A stretch of 64,000 nt of DNA from the human T2T-CHM13v2.0 reference genome, Homo sapiens. The stretch's first letter is position 1. Each line of letters begins with the position of its first letter. The DNA is taken from positions 60,672,001-60,736,000 of the forward strand of contig CP086569.2 of assembly GCA_009914755.4 (NCBI GenBank), given 5' to 3'. This document shows, one piece after another, positions 1 through 34,663 of the stretch. The position numbers and the translations under genes are program-made. The notes below the pieces were generated by a model. It saw only the letters and a program-made list of their open reading frames with translations, had not been told where the DNA came from and searched no databases.

Positions 1-2
1 TT

Positions 3-309
<307 letters not shown>

Positions 310-880
310 AGATCCATATTTTTTAAATGAAAAAAAATTTCATAGGTACTCTGCTTGGTACAATAATCAAATGTATAAACTGAGGAATAAAACATAACCA
401 TGAAACCTACTTATAACTGCATATGGAAAATACAGAGGATAATTTTTTAAATAACATATTTTGAAAGCCTTAACTAGTAATTTGAAGAGCTGGCATTTGA
501 AAGGCCAGTATGAATATACCTTCAAAGCAGCAACACAGGTTCCCCATGAGAAAAAGCAAACACAGGGAAAATAAAAACACAAAGGTTCAATCTCTTCTGA
601 CCTTTGAAAGACACAGCACAGACAGTGGTCCTTAGGACGAAGAGCAGGAGACCCCTAATTACGTCACCATGGCGATAGGGCATAAACATTGCTGGGTGAG
701 GGCACAATCCACATTGTGAGGTCCAACTGCTGCCAGGAAGACAGGAGTGCTTTTACATAGACCGAAAGGTCATTGAAGGCTCAGAGTTTTGTTTCAAGAA
801 CTGAATCCCAAGCCCACACGTTATTAGGCTGCGCTTCTTAAAACAAGTTATGAGATGGGAAAAAGGGCACCCACAAACAT
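310..880. other. Non-Alu, non-AT-rich core of the 2.4-kb unit, shown here for U1 and present in U1-U12, U14 and U15. Ordinary base composition, origin unknown.
   Basis: Segment 'agatccatattttttaaatg...ctgaatcccaagcccacacgttattaggctgcgcttcttaaaacaagttatgagatgggaaaaagggcacccacaaacatacg' recurs at every 2.42 kb. It holds the 61-aa and 71-aa minus-strand ORFs of the track, which are not credible genes. Confidence 0.8.
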
Positions 881-4860
<3,980 letters not shown>

Positions 4861-5151
4861 TTTTTTTTAGACAGAATCTTGTCCTGTTGCACAGGGTGGG
4901 GTACAATGGCGCCATCTTTGCTCACTGCAACTTCTGCCTCACGGGTCCAAGCGATTGTCCTCCCTCAGCCTCCCAGGTAGCTGGGACTACACCACACTGG
5001 GACTACACCAGCTGCCACCATGCCTAGCTAATTTTTTGGATTTTTAGTAGTGACAGCGTTTCACTGTATTGGCCAGGACGGTCTTGATCTCTTCACCTTG
5101 TGATCCCCTTGCCTTGGCCTCCAAATGTGCTGGGATTACAGGCCTGAGCCA
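4861..5151 (-). mobile_element. Alu copy in U3
   Basis: Same landmarks as the U1 Alu. Confidence 0.9.
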
Positions 5152-7280
5152 AGATCCATATTTTTTAAATGAAAAAAAATTTCAAAGGTACTCTTCTTGG
5201 TACAATAATCAAATGTATAAACTGAGGAATAAAACATAACCATGAAACCTACTTATAACTGCATATGGAAAATACAGAGGATAATTTTTTAAATAACATA
5301 TTTTGAAAGCCTTAACTAGTAATTTGAAGAGTTGGCATTTGAAAGGCCAGTATGAATATACCTTCAAAGCAGCAACACAGGTTCCCCATGAGAAAAAGCA
5401 AACACAGGGAAAATAAAAACACAAAGGTTCAATCTCTTCTGACCTTTGAAAGACACAGCACAGACAGTGGTCCTTAGGACGAAGAGCAGGAGACCCCTAA
5501 TTCCGTCACCATGGCGATAGGGCATAAACATTGCTGGGTGAGGGCACAATCCACATTGTGAGGTCCAACTGCTGCCAGGAAGACAGGAGTGCTTTTACAT
5601 AGACCGAAAGGTCATTGAAGGCTCAGAGTTTTGTTTCAAGAACTGAATCCCAAGCCCACACGTTATTAGGCTGCGCTTCTTAAAACAAGTTATGAGATGG
5701 GAAAAAGGGCACCCACAAACATACGTATACATTATGTATATAATAATATACAGTATCATATATATAATATATATAACCTATGTATAATATTGTTTTACAT
5801 CCTGCATCTTATGTTATATATATTGTATAAAATATAATAATTGATAATATATAAGTTTTATAATTATACAATATGACATATAGTATATATTATAATTTAT
5901 GACATATATAATATATGTTATATGTCATATATAGAATATATTATACGGTTAATATACGTATTAAATATAAATTATACATTATATATATTATATATAATAT
6001 ATCTGTTATATATAATACCCATTATGCATAATATATATATTATGTCTATGTTATATATAGTATAAAACAACATATAATAATATATAATTGTATATATAAA
6101 ATGCGACATATAATATATATTATATTTTATAACATATGTAATATATATTATATATTATATATAATACGTTGTATGTATAATACCTATATTAAATACATAT
6201 TATATGACTATGTTATTAATTACATGTCACATGTGTTATATATTATATATTTTACATAGAATATACCGGTTACATACAATATATACTATGTTACCTATAA
6301 TGTATAATTTATTACATGTAAAATAAAGAATGCAATATATTATGTATAATTTATAATATACAATATGTGGAATGTGATATATGTAACATATAATATATGA
6401 TATATGATATACAGTATATGATATATAACATACAATATATGATTCCTAATATATATGGTATACAATACATATTTTATGATATGTATTCTATATGTTTTAT
6501 ATTCTGTTATATATAACTATTTGAAATTATATATAACTGTATAATATTTTATGTAAATATGTAATATAATATATATAACTATATAATATATTATATATAA
6601 CTATATATTATGTTATATATACTTTTATAACATAATTTACATAAAATATCATAATATAATATATATTATAATATTTCATATTACATAATATATATTACAT
6701 ATCACCCAATATAACTAACATACATAATATTATAATATAGATTATATTATGTTATATTAAATATCATATATATCATGTATCATATATTCTATAATATATA
6801 TTACACATTATATAATATGTATGTTGTCTATTATGTGATATATATAACTATATATATAATTATATTTTTATACATATAACTAGATAAACATGTAATTCTA
6901 CATATTTTCATTTATAATATGTAGAATTATATAATCATATATAATTATTTATATTCTATAAAAAATTTTATCATTATATAAATTATAATATATAAAAATT
7001 ATAATATGTACTACAAATATATATATTATACATCATATATGATATAGTACCTTTGTTATATATCATAATATATATAAATGTGTATTATGTTATCTATAAT
7101 TATATAATTTCATATATAAGATGTATAATATGTATCATATATTATATATGTTATGTAATATATATAGTATATATAAGATGACACAGGATAAATATTATCT
7201 ACTATGACATATAAAATATATGAGGTTATATGTTACATATAAGGCATAGCACATAACATGTAATATATATCATGTATAAT
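4861..7280. repeat. DYZ2-type unit U3 (2420 bp)
   Basis: Near-identical to U2. Type A variant. Confidence 0.9.
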
Positions 7281-7571
7281 TTTTTTTTAGACACAATCTT
7301 GTCCTGTTGCACAGGGTGGGGTACAATGGCGCCATCTTTGCTCACTGCAACTTCTGCCTCACGGGTCCAAGCGATTGTCCTCCCTCAGCCTCCCAGGTAG
7401 CTGGGACTACACCACACTGGGACTACACCAGCTGCCACCATGCCTAGCTAATTTTTTGGATTTTTAGTAGTGACAGCGTTTCACTGTATTGGCCAGGACG
7501 GTCTTGATCTCTTCACCTTGTGATCCCCTTGCCTTGGCCTCCAAATGTGCTGGGATTACAGGCCTGAGCCA
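7281..7571 (-). mobile_element. Alu copy in U4
   Basis: Same landmarks as the U1 Alu. Confidence 0.9.
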
Positions 7572-9700
7572 AGATCCATATTTTTTAAATGAAAAAAAAT
7601 TTCAAAGGTACTCTTCTTGGTACAATAATCAAATGTATAAACTGAGGAATAAAACATAACCATGAAACCTACTTATAACTGCATATGGAAAATACAGAGG
7701 ATAATTTTTTAAATAACATATTTTGAAAGCCTTAACTAGTAATTTGAAGAGTTGGCATTTGAAAGGCCAGTATGAATATACCTTCAAAGCAGCAACACAG
7801 GTTCCCCATGAGAAAAAGCAAACACAGGGAAAATAAAAACACAAAGGTTCAATCTCTTCTGACCTTTGAAAGACACAGCACAGACAGTGGTCCTTAGGAC
7901 GAAGAGCAGGAGACCCCTAATTCCGTCACCATGGCGATAGGGCATAAACATTGCTGGGTGAGGGCACAATCCACATTGTGAGGTCCAACTGCTGCCAGGA
8001 AGACAGGAGTGCTTTTACATAGACCGAAAGGTCATTGAAGGCTCAGAGTTTTGTTTCAAGAACTGAATCCCAAGCCCACACGTTATTAGGCTGCGCTTCT
8101 TAAAACAAGTTATGAGATGGGAAAAAGGGCACCCACAAACATACGTATACATTATGTATATAATAATATACAGTATCATATATATAATATATATAACCTA
8201 TGTATAATATTGTTTTACATCCTGCATCTTATGTTATATATATTGTATAAAATATAATAATTGATAATATATAAGTTTTATAATTATACAATATGACATA
8301 TAGTATATATTATAATTTATGACATATATAATATATGTTATATGTCATATATAGAATATATTATACGGTTAATATACGTATTAAATATAAATTATACATT
8401 ATATATATTATATATAATATATCTGTTATATATAATACCCATTATGCATAATATATATATTATGTCTATGTTATATATAGTATAAAACAACATATAATAA
8501 TATATAGTTGTATATATAAAATGCGACATAAAATATATATTATATTTTATGACATATGTAATATATATTATATATTATATATAATACGTTGTATGTATAA
8601 TACCTATATTAAATATATATTATATGACTATGTTATTAATTACATGTCACATATTTTATATATTATATATTTTACATGGAATATAAAGGTAACATACAAT
8701 ATATACTATGTTACCTATAATGTATAATTGATTACATGTGAAATAAAGAATGCAATATATTATGTATAGTTTATAATATACAATATGTGGAATGTGATAT
8801 ATATAACATATAATATATGATATATGATATACAGTATATGGTATATAACATACAATATATGATACCTAATATATATGGTATACAATATATATTTTATGAT
8901 ATGTATTCTATATGTTTTATATTCTGTTATATATAACTATTTGAAATTATATATAACTGTATAATATTTTATGTAAATATGTAATATAATATATATAACT
9001 ATATGATATATTATATATAACTATATATTATGTTATATATACTTTCATAACATAATTTACATAAAATGTCATAATATAATATATATTATATTATTTCATA
9101 TTACATAATATATATTACATATCACCCAACATAAGTAACATACATAATATTATAATATAGATTATATTATATTATATTAAATATCATATATATCATGTAT
9201 CATATATTCTAAAATATATATTACACATTATATAATATGTATGTTGTCTATTATGTGATATATATAACTATATATATAATTATATTATTATACATATAAC
9301 TAGATAAACATGTAATTCTACATATTTTCATTTATAATATATAGAATTATATAATCATATATAATTATTTATATTCTATAAAAAATTATATCATTATATA
9401 AATTATAATATATAAAAATAATTATATGTACTACAAATATATATATTATATATCATATATGATATAGTACCTTTGTTATATATCATAATACATATAAATG
9501 TGTATTATGTTATCTATAATTATATAATTTCATATATAAGATGTATAATATGTATTATATATTATACACGTTATGTAATATATATAGTATATATAAGATG
9601 ACACAGGATAAATATTATATACTATGACATATAAAATATATGAGGTTATATGTCACATATAAGGCATAGCACATAACATGTAATATATATCATATATAAT
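7281..9700. repeat. DYZ2-type unit U4 (2420 bp)
   Basis: Near-identical to U3. Type A variant. Confidence 0.9.
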
Positions 9701-9991
9701 TTTTTTTTAGACACAGTCTTGTCCTGTTGCACAGGGTGGGGTACAATGGCGCCAAGTTTGCTCACTGCAACATCTGCCTCACGGGTCCAAGCGATTGTCC
9801 TCCCTCAGCCTCCCAGGTAGCTGGGACTACACCACACTGGGACTACACCAGCTGCCACCATGCCTAGCTAATTTTTTGGATTTTTAGTAGTGACAGCGTT
9901 TCACTGTATTGGCCAGGATGGTCTTGATCTCTTCACCTTGTGATCCCCTTGCCTTGGCCTCCAAATTTGCTGGGATTACAGGCCTGAGCCA
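9701..9991 (-). mobile_element. Alu copy in U5
   Basis: Same landmarks as the U1 Alu. Confidence 0.9.
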
Positions 9992-12118
9992 AGATCCATA
10001 TTTTGTAAATGAAAAAAAATTTCAAAGGTACTCTGCTTGGTACAATAATCAAATGTATAAACTGAGGAATAAAACATAACCATGAAACCTACTTATAACT
10101 GCATATGGAAAATACAGAGGATAATTTTTTAAATAACATATTTTGAAAGCCTTAACTAGTAATTTGAAGAGTTGGCATTTGAAAGGCCAGTATGAATATA
10201 CCTTCAAAGCAGCAACACAGGTTCCCCATGAGAAAAAGCAAACTCAGGGAAAATGAAACCACAAAGGTTCAATCTCTTCTGACCTTTGAAAGACACAGCA
10301 CAGACAGTGGTCCTTAGGACGAAGAGCAGGAGACCCCTAATTCCGTCACCATGGCGATAGGGCATAAACATTGCTGGGTGAGGGCACAATCCACATTGTG
10401 AGGTCCAACTGCTGCCAGGAAGACAGGAGTGCTTTTAAATAGACCTAAATGTCATTGAAGGCTCAGAGTTTTGTTTCAAGAACTGAATCCCAAGCCCACA
10501 CGTTATTAGGCTGCGCTTCCCAAAACAAGTTGTGAGATGGGAAAAAGCGCACCCACAAACGTACGTATACATTATGTATATAATAATATACAGTATCATA
10601 TATATAATATATATAACCTATGTATAATATTGTTTTACATCCTGCATCTTATATTATATATATTGTATAAAATATAATAATTGATAATATATATGTTTTA
10701 TATTTATACAATATGACATATAGTATATATTATAATTTATGACATATATAATATATGTTATATATCATATATAGAATATATTATACGGTAATATACGTAT
10801 TAAATATAAACTATACATTATATATATTATATATAATATATCTGTTATATATAACACCCATTATGCATAATATATACATTATGTCTATGTTATATATAGT
10901 ATAAAACAACACATAATAATATATAATTGTATATATAAAATGCGACATAAAATATATATTATATTTTATGACATATGTAATATATATTATATATTATATA
11001 TAATACGTTGTATGTATAATACCTATATTAAATATATATTATATGACTATGTTATTTATTACATGTCACATATGTTATATATTATATATTTTACATAGAA
11101 TATACCGGTTACATACAATATATACTATGTTACCTACAATGTATAATTGATTACATGTAAAATAAAGAATGCAATATATTATGTATAATTTATAATATAC
11201 AATATGTGGAATGTGATATATATAACATATATTATATGATATATGATATACAGTATATGATATATAACATACAATATATGATACCTAATATATACGGTAT
11301 AAAATATATATTTTATGATATGTATTCTCTATGTTTTATATTCTGTTATATATAACTATTTGAAATTATATATAACTGTATAATATTTTATGTAAATATG
11401 TAATATAATATATATAACTATATAATATATTATATATAACTATATAGTATGTTATATATACTTTTATAACATAATTTACATAAAATATCATAATATAATA
11501 TATATTATATTATTTCATATTACATAATATATATTACATATCACCCAACATAAGTAACATACATAATATTATAATATAGATTATATTAAGTTATATTAAA
11601 TATCATATATATCATGTATCATATATTCTATAATATATATTACACATTATATAATATGTATTATGTCTATTATGTGATATATATAACTATATATATAATT
11701 ATATTATTATACATATAACTAGATAAACATGTAATTCTACATATTTTCATTTATAATATATAGAATTATATAATCATATATAATTATTTATATTCTATAA
11801 AAAATTATGTCATTATATAAATTATAATATATAAAAATTATAATATGTACTACAAATATATATATTATATATCATATATGATATAGTACCTTTGTTATAT
11901 ATCATAATACATATAAATGTGTATTATGTTATCTATAATTATATAATTTCATATATAAGATGTATAATATGTATCATATATTATATATGTTATGTAATAT
12001 ATATAGTATATATAAGATGACACAGGATAAATATTATATACTATGACATATAAAATATATGAGGTTATATGTTACATATAAGGCATAGCACATAACATGT
12101 AATATATATCATATATAA
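9701..12118. repeat. DYZ2-type unit U5 (2418 bp). First unit of the 'type B' variant block.
   Basis: Carries 'aaactcagggaaaatgaaaccac' at 10239-10261. Alu-flank variant 'ttttgtaaatg'. Confidence 0.9.
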
Positions 12119-14831
<2,713 letters not shown>

Positions 14832-15888
14832 AGATCCATATTTTTTAAATGAAAAAAAATTTCAAAGGTACTCTGCTTGGTACAATAATCAAATGTATAA
14901 ACTGAGGAATAAAACATAACCATGAAACCTACTTATAACTGCATATGGAAAATACAGAGGATAATTTTTTAAATAACATATTTTGAAAGCCTTAACTAGT
15001 AATTTGAAGAGTTGGCATTTGAAAGGCCAGTATGAATATACCTTCAAAGCAGCAACACAGGTTCCCCTTGAGAAAAAGCAAACTCAGAGAAAATGAAACC
15101 ACAAAGGTTCAATCTCTTCTGACCTTTGAAAGACACAGCACAGACAGTGGTCCTTAGGACGAAGAGCAGGAGACCCCTAATTCCGTCACCATGGCGATAG
15201 GGCATAAACATTGCTGGGTGAGGGCACAATCCACATTGTGAGGTCCAACTGCTGCCAGGAAGACAGGAGTGCTTTTACATAGACCGAAAGGTCATTGAAG
15301 GCTCAGAGTTTTGTTTCAAGAACTGAATCCCAAGCCCACACGTTATTAGGCTGCGCTTCTTAAAACAAGTTATGAGATGGGAAAAAGGGCACCCACAAAC
15401 ATACGTATACATTATGTATATAATAATATACAGTATCATATATATAATATATATAACCTATGTATAATATTGTTTTACATCCTGCATCTTATGTTATATA
15501 TATTGAATAAAATATAATAATTGATAATATATAAGTTTTATATTTATACAATATGACATATAGTATATATTATAATTTATGACATATATAATATATGTTA
15601 TATATCATATATAGAATATATTATACGGTTAATATACGTATTAAATATAAATTATACATTATATATATTATATATAATATATCTGTTATATATAATACCC
15701 CTTATGCATAATATATATATTATGTCTATGTTATATATAGTATAAAACAACACATAATAATATATAATTGTATACATAAAATGCGACATATAATATATAT
15801 TATATTTTATGACATATGTAATATATATTATATATTATATATATTACGTTGTATGTATAATACCTATATTAAATATATATTATATGAC

Positions 15889-16060
15889 CTATATTAAATA
15901 TATATTATTTATATATATTTATTATATATTTAATATATATTATATATAATATAAATATATTTAATATATATAATATATATTAAATATATATTATATGACC
16001 TATATATATATATATTATATAATATATATTTATAATAATATAAATATATATTATATGTAA
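15889..16060. repeat. ~170-bp AT-rich insertion or local duplication, private to U7
   Basis: Canonical units read 'cctatattaaatatatattatatgactatgttattaatt'. U7 instead has three partial copies of 'cctatattaaatatatattatatgacc' separated by (TA)-rich filler. The filler includes an 18-bp perfect palindrome 'tatattatatataatata' at 15936-15953. Confidence 0.8.
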
Positions 16061-17130
16061 TGTTATTAATTACATGTCACATGTGTTATATATTATATAT
16101 TTTACATAGAATATACCGGTTACATACAATATATACTATGTTACCTACAATGTATAATTGATTACATGTAAAATAAAGAATGCAATATATTATGTATAAT
16201 TTATAATATACAATATGTGGAATGTGATATATATAACATATAATATATGATATATGATATAGAGTATATGATATATAACATACAATATATGATACCTAAT
16301 ATATATGGTATACAATATATATTTTATGATATGTATTCTATATGTAATATATTCTCTTATATATAACTATTTGAAATTATATATAACTGTATAATATTTT
16401 ATGTAAATATGTAATATAATATATATAAGTATATAATATATTATATATAACTATATATTATGTTATATATACTTTTATAACATAATTTACATAAAATATC
16501 ATAATATAATATATATTATATTATTTCATATTACATAATATATATTACATATCACCCAATATAAGTAACATACATAATATTATAATATAGATTATATTAT
16601 GTTATATTAAATATCATATATATCATGTATCATATATTCTATAATATATATTATACATTATATAATATGTATGTTGTCTTTTATGTGATATATATAACTA
16701 TATATATAATTATATTATTATACATATAACTAGATAAACATGTAATTCTACATATTTTCATTTATAATATAGAGAATTATATAATCATATATAATTATTT
16801 ATATTCCATAAAAAATTATATCATTATATAAATTATAATATATAAAAATTATAATATGTACTACAAATATATATATTATATATCATATATGATATAGTAC
16901 CTTTGTTATATATCATAAAACATATAAATGTGTATTATGTTATCTATAATTATATAATTTCATATATAAGATGTATAATATGTATCATATATTATATATG
17001 TTATGTAATATATATAGTATATATAAGATGACACAGGATAAATATTATATACTATGACATATAAAATATACGAGGTTATATGTTACATATAAGGCATAGC
17101 ACATAACATGTAATATATATCATATATAAT

Positions 17131-17421
17131 TTTTTTTTAGACAGAGCCTTGTCGTGTTGCACAGGGTGGGGTACAATGGCGCCATCTTTGCTCACTGCAA
17201 CATCTGCCTCACGGGTCCAAGCGATTGTCCTCCCTCAGCCTCCCAGGTAGCTGGGACTACACCACACTGGGACTACACCAGCTGCCACCATGCCTAGCTA
17301 ATTTTTTGGATTTTTAGTAGTGACAGCATTTCACTGTATTGGCCAGGATGGTATTGATCTCTTCACCTTGTGATCCCCTTGCCTTGGCATCCAAATTTGC
17401 TGGGATTACAGGCCTGAGCCA
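17131..17421 (-). mobile_element. Alu copy in U8
   Basis: Same landmarks as the U1 Alu. Confidence 0.9.
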
Positions 17422-19547
17422 AGATCCATATTTTGTAAATGAAAAAAAATTTCAAAGGTACTCTGCTTGGTACAATAATCAAATGTATAAACTGAGGAAT
17501 AAAACGTAACCATGAAACCTACTTATAACTGCATATGGAAAATACAGAGGATAATTTTTTAAATAACATATTTTGAAAGCCTTAACTAGTAATTTGAAGA
17601 GTTGGCATTTGAAAGGCCAGTATGAATATACCTTCAAAGCAGCAACACAGGTTCCCCATGAGAAAAAGCAAACTCAGGGAAAATGAAACCACAAAGGTTC
17701 AATCTCTTCTGACCTTTGAAAGACACAGCACAGACAGTGGTCCTTAGGACGAAGAGCAGGAGACCCCTAATTCCGTCACCATGGCGATAGGGCATAAACA
17801 TTGCTGGGTGAGGGCACAATCCACATTGTGAGGTCCAACTGCTGCCAGGAAGACAGGAGTGCTTTTACATAGACCGAAAGGTCATTGAAGGCTCAGAGTT
17901 TTGTTTCAAGAACTGAATCCCAAGCCCTCACGTTATTAGGCTGCGCTTCTTAAAACAAGTTATGAGATGGGAAAAAGGGCACCCACAAACATACGTATAT
18001 ATTATGTATATAATAATATACAGTATCATATATATAATATATATAACCTATGTATAATATTGTTTTACATCCTGCATCTTATGTTATATATATTGTATAA
18101 AATATAATAATTGATAATATATAAGTTTTATATTTATACAATATGACATATAGTATATATTATAATTTATGACGTATATAATATATGTTATATATCATAT
18201 ATAGAATATATTATACGGTTAATATACGTATTAAATATAAATTATACATTATATATTATATATAATATATCTGTTATATATAATACTCATTATGCATAAT
18301 ATATATATTATGTCTATGTTATATATAGTATAAAACAACATATAATAATATATAATTGTATATATAAAATGCGACATATAATACATATTATATTTTATGA
18401 CATATGTAATATATATTATATATTATATATAATACGTTGTATGTATAATACCTATATTAAATATATATTATATGACTATGTTATTAATTACATGTCACAT
18501 GTGTTATATATTATATATTTTTCATAGAATATACCGGTTACATACAATATATACTCTGTTACCTATAATGTATAATTTATTGCATGTAAAATAAAGAATG
18601 CAATATATTATGTATAATTTATAATATACAATATGTGGAATGTGATATATATAACAGATAATATATGATATATGATATACAGTATATGATATATAACATA
18701 TAATATATGATACCTAGTATATATGGTATACAATATATATTTTACGATATGTATTCTATATGTTTTATATTCTGTTATATATAACTAATTGAAATTATAT
18801 ATAACTGTATAATATTTTATGTAAATATGTAATATAATATATATAACTATATAATATAATATATATAACTATATATTATGTTATATATACTTTTATAACA
18901 TAATTTACATAAAATATCATAATATAATATATATTATATTATTTCATATTACATAATATATATTACATATCACCCAATATAAGTAACATACATAATATTA
19001 AATTATATATTATATTATGTTATATTAAATATTATATATATCATGTATCATATATTCTATAATATATATTACACATTATATAATATGTATGTTGTCTATT
19101 ATGTGATATATATAACTATATATATAATTATATTATTATACATATAACTAGATAAACATGTAATTCTACTCATTTTCATTTATAATATATAGAATTATAT
19201 AATCATATATAATTATTTATATTCTATGAAAAATTATATCATTATATAAATTATAATATATAAAAATTATAATATGTACTACAAATATATATATTATATA
19301 TCATATATGATATAGTACCTTTGTTATATATCATAATACATATAAATGTGTATTATGTTATCTATAATTTTATAATTTCATATATAAGATGTATAATATG
19401 TATCATATATTATATATGTTATGTAATATATATAGTATATATAAGATGACACAGGATAAATATTATATACTATGACATATAAAATATACGAGGTTATATG
19501 TTACATATAAGGCATAGCACATAACATGTAATATATATCATATATAA
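17131..19547. repeat. DYZ2-type unit U8 (2417 bp)
   Basis: Type B. Shares 'gagccttgtcgtgttgcac', 'ggtattgatctc' and 'aaaacgtaacc' with U9 and U10. Confidence 0.9.
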
Positions 19548-19839
19548 TTTTTTTTTAGACAGAGCCTTGTCGTGTTGCACAGGGTGGGGTACAATGGCGC
19601 CATCTTTGCTCACTGCAACATCTGCCTCACGGGTCCAAGCGATTGTCCTCCCTCAGCCTCCCAGGTAGCTGGGACTACACCACACTGGGACTACACCAGC
19701 TGCCACCATGCCTAGCTAATTTTTTGGATTTTTAGTAGTGACAGCGTTTCACTGTATTGGCCAGGATGGTATTGATCTCTTCACCTTGTGATCCCCTTGC
19801 CTTGGCTTCCAAATTTGCTGGGATTACAGGCCTGAGCCA
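19548..19839 (-). mobile_element. Alu copy in U9
   Basis: Same landmarks as the U1 Alu. Confidence 0.9.
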
Positions 19840-21965
19840 AGATCCATATTTTGTAAATGAAAAAAAATTTCAAAGGTACTCTGCTTGGTACAAAAATCAA
19901 ATGTATAAACTGAGGAATAAAACGTAACCATGAAACCTACTTATAACTGCATATGGAAAATACAGAGGATAATTTTTTAAATAACATATTTTGAAAGCCT
20001 TAACTAGTAATTTGAAGAGTTGGCATTTGAAAGGCCAGTATGAATATACCTTCAAAGCAGCAACACAGGTTCCCCATGAGAAAAAGCAAACTCAGGGAAA
20101 ATGAAACCACAAAGGTTCAATCTCTTCTGACCTTTGAAAGACACAGCACAGACAGTGGTCCTTAGGACGAAGAGCAGGAGACCCCTAATTCCGTCACCAT
20201 GGCGATAGGGCATAAACATTGCTGGGTGAGGGCACAATCCACATTGTGAGGTCCAACTGCTGCCAGGAAGACAGGAGTGCTTTTACATAGACCGAAAGGT
20301 CATTGAAGGCTCAGAGTTTTGTTTCAAGAACTGAATCCCAAGCCCTCACGTTATTAGGCTGCGCTTCTTAAAACAAGTTATGAGATGGGAAAAAGGGAAC
20401 CCACAAACATACGTATATATTATGTATATAATAATATACAGTATCATATATATAATATATATAACCTATGTATAATATTGTTTTACATCCTGCATCTTAT
20501 GTTATATATATTGTATAAAATATAATAATTGATAATATATAAGTTTTATATTTATACAATATGACATATAGTATATATTATAATTTATGACGTATATAAT
20601 ATATGTTATATATCATATATAGAATATATTATACGGTTAATATACGTATTAAATATAAATTATACATTATATATTATATATAATATATCTGTTATATATA
20701 ATACTCATTATGCATAATATATATATTATGTCTATGTTATATATAGTATAAAACAACATATAATAATATATAATTGTATATATAAAATGCGACATATAAT
20801 ACATATTATATTTTATGACATATGTAATATATATTATATATTATATATAATACGTTGTATGTATAATACCTATATTAAATATATATTATATGACTATGTT
20901 ATTAATTACATGTCACATGTGTTATATATTATATATTTTTCATAGAATATACCGGTTACATACAATATATACTCTGTTACCTATAATGTATAATTTATTG
21001 CATGTAAAATAAAGAATGCAATATATTATGTATAATTTATAATATACAATATGTGGAATGTGATATATATAACAGATAATATATGATATATGATATACAG
21101 TATATGATATATAACATACAATATATGATACTTAGTATATATGGTATACAATATATATTTTATGATATGTATTCTATATGTTTTATATTCTGTTATATAT
21201 AACTAATTGAAATTATATATAACTGTATAATATTTTATGTAAATATGTAATATAATATATATAACTATATAATATAATATATATAACTATATATAATGTT
21301 ATATATACTTTTATAACATAATTTACATAAAATATCATAATATAATATATATTATATTATTTCATATTACATAATATATATTACATATCACCCAATATAA
21401 GTAACATACATAATATTAAATTATATATTATATTATGTTATATTAAATATTATATATATCATGTATCATATATTCTATAATATATATTACACATTATATA
21501 ATATGTATGTTGTCTATTATGTGATATATATAACTATATATATAATTATATTATTATACATATAACTAGATAAACATGTAATTCTACTCATTTTCATTTA
21601 TAATATATAGAATTATATAATCATATATAATTATTTATATTCTATGAAAAATTATATCATTATATAAATTATAATATATAAAAATTATAATATGTACTAC
21701 AAATATATATATTATATATCATATATGATATAGTACCTTTGTTATATATCATAATACATATAAATGTGTATTATGTTATCTATAATTTTATAATTTCATA
21801 TATAAGATGTATAATATGTATCATATATTATATATGTTATGTAACATATATAGTATATATAAGATGACAAAGGATAAATATTATATACTATGACATATAA
21901 AATATACGAGGTTATATGTTACATATAAGGCATAGCACATAAAATGTAATATATATCATATATAA
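19548..21965. repeat. DYZ2-type unit U9 (2418 bp)
   Basis: Essentially identical to U8, including the U8-U10 sub-block variants. Confidence 0.9.

Positions 21966-34663
<12,698 letters not shown>

Noticed and set aside
15936-15953. The 18-bp perfect palindrome 'tatattatatataatata' as a specific protein-binding or regulatory site
   Set aside because: Perfect short palindromes arise by chance at high frequency in DNA with more than 85% A+T. It is worth noting only as part of the U7-private expansion.
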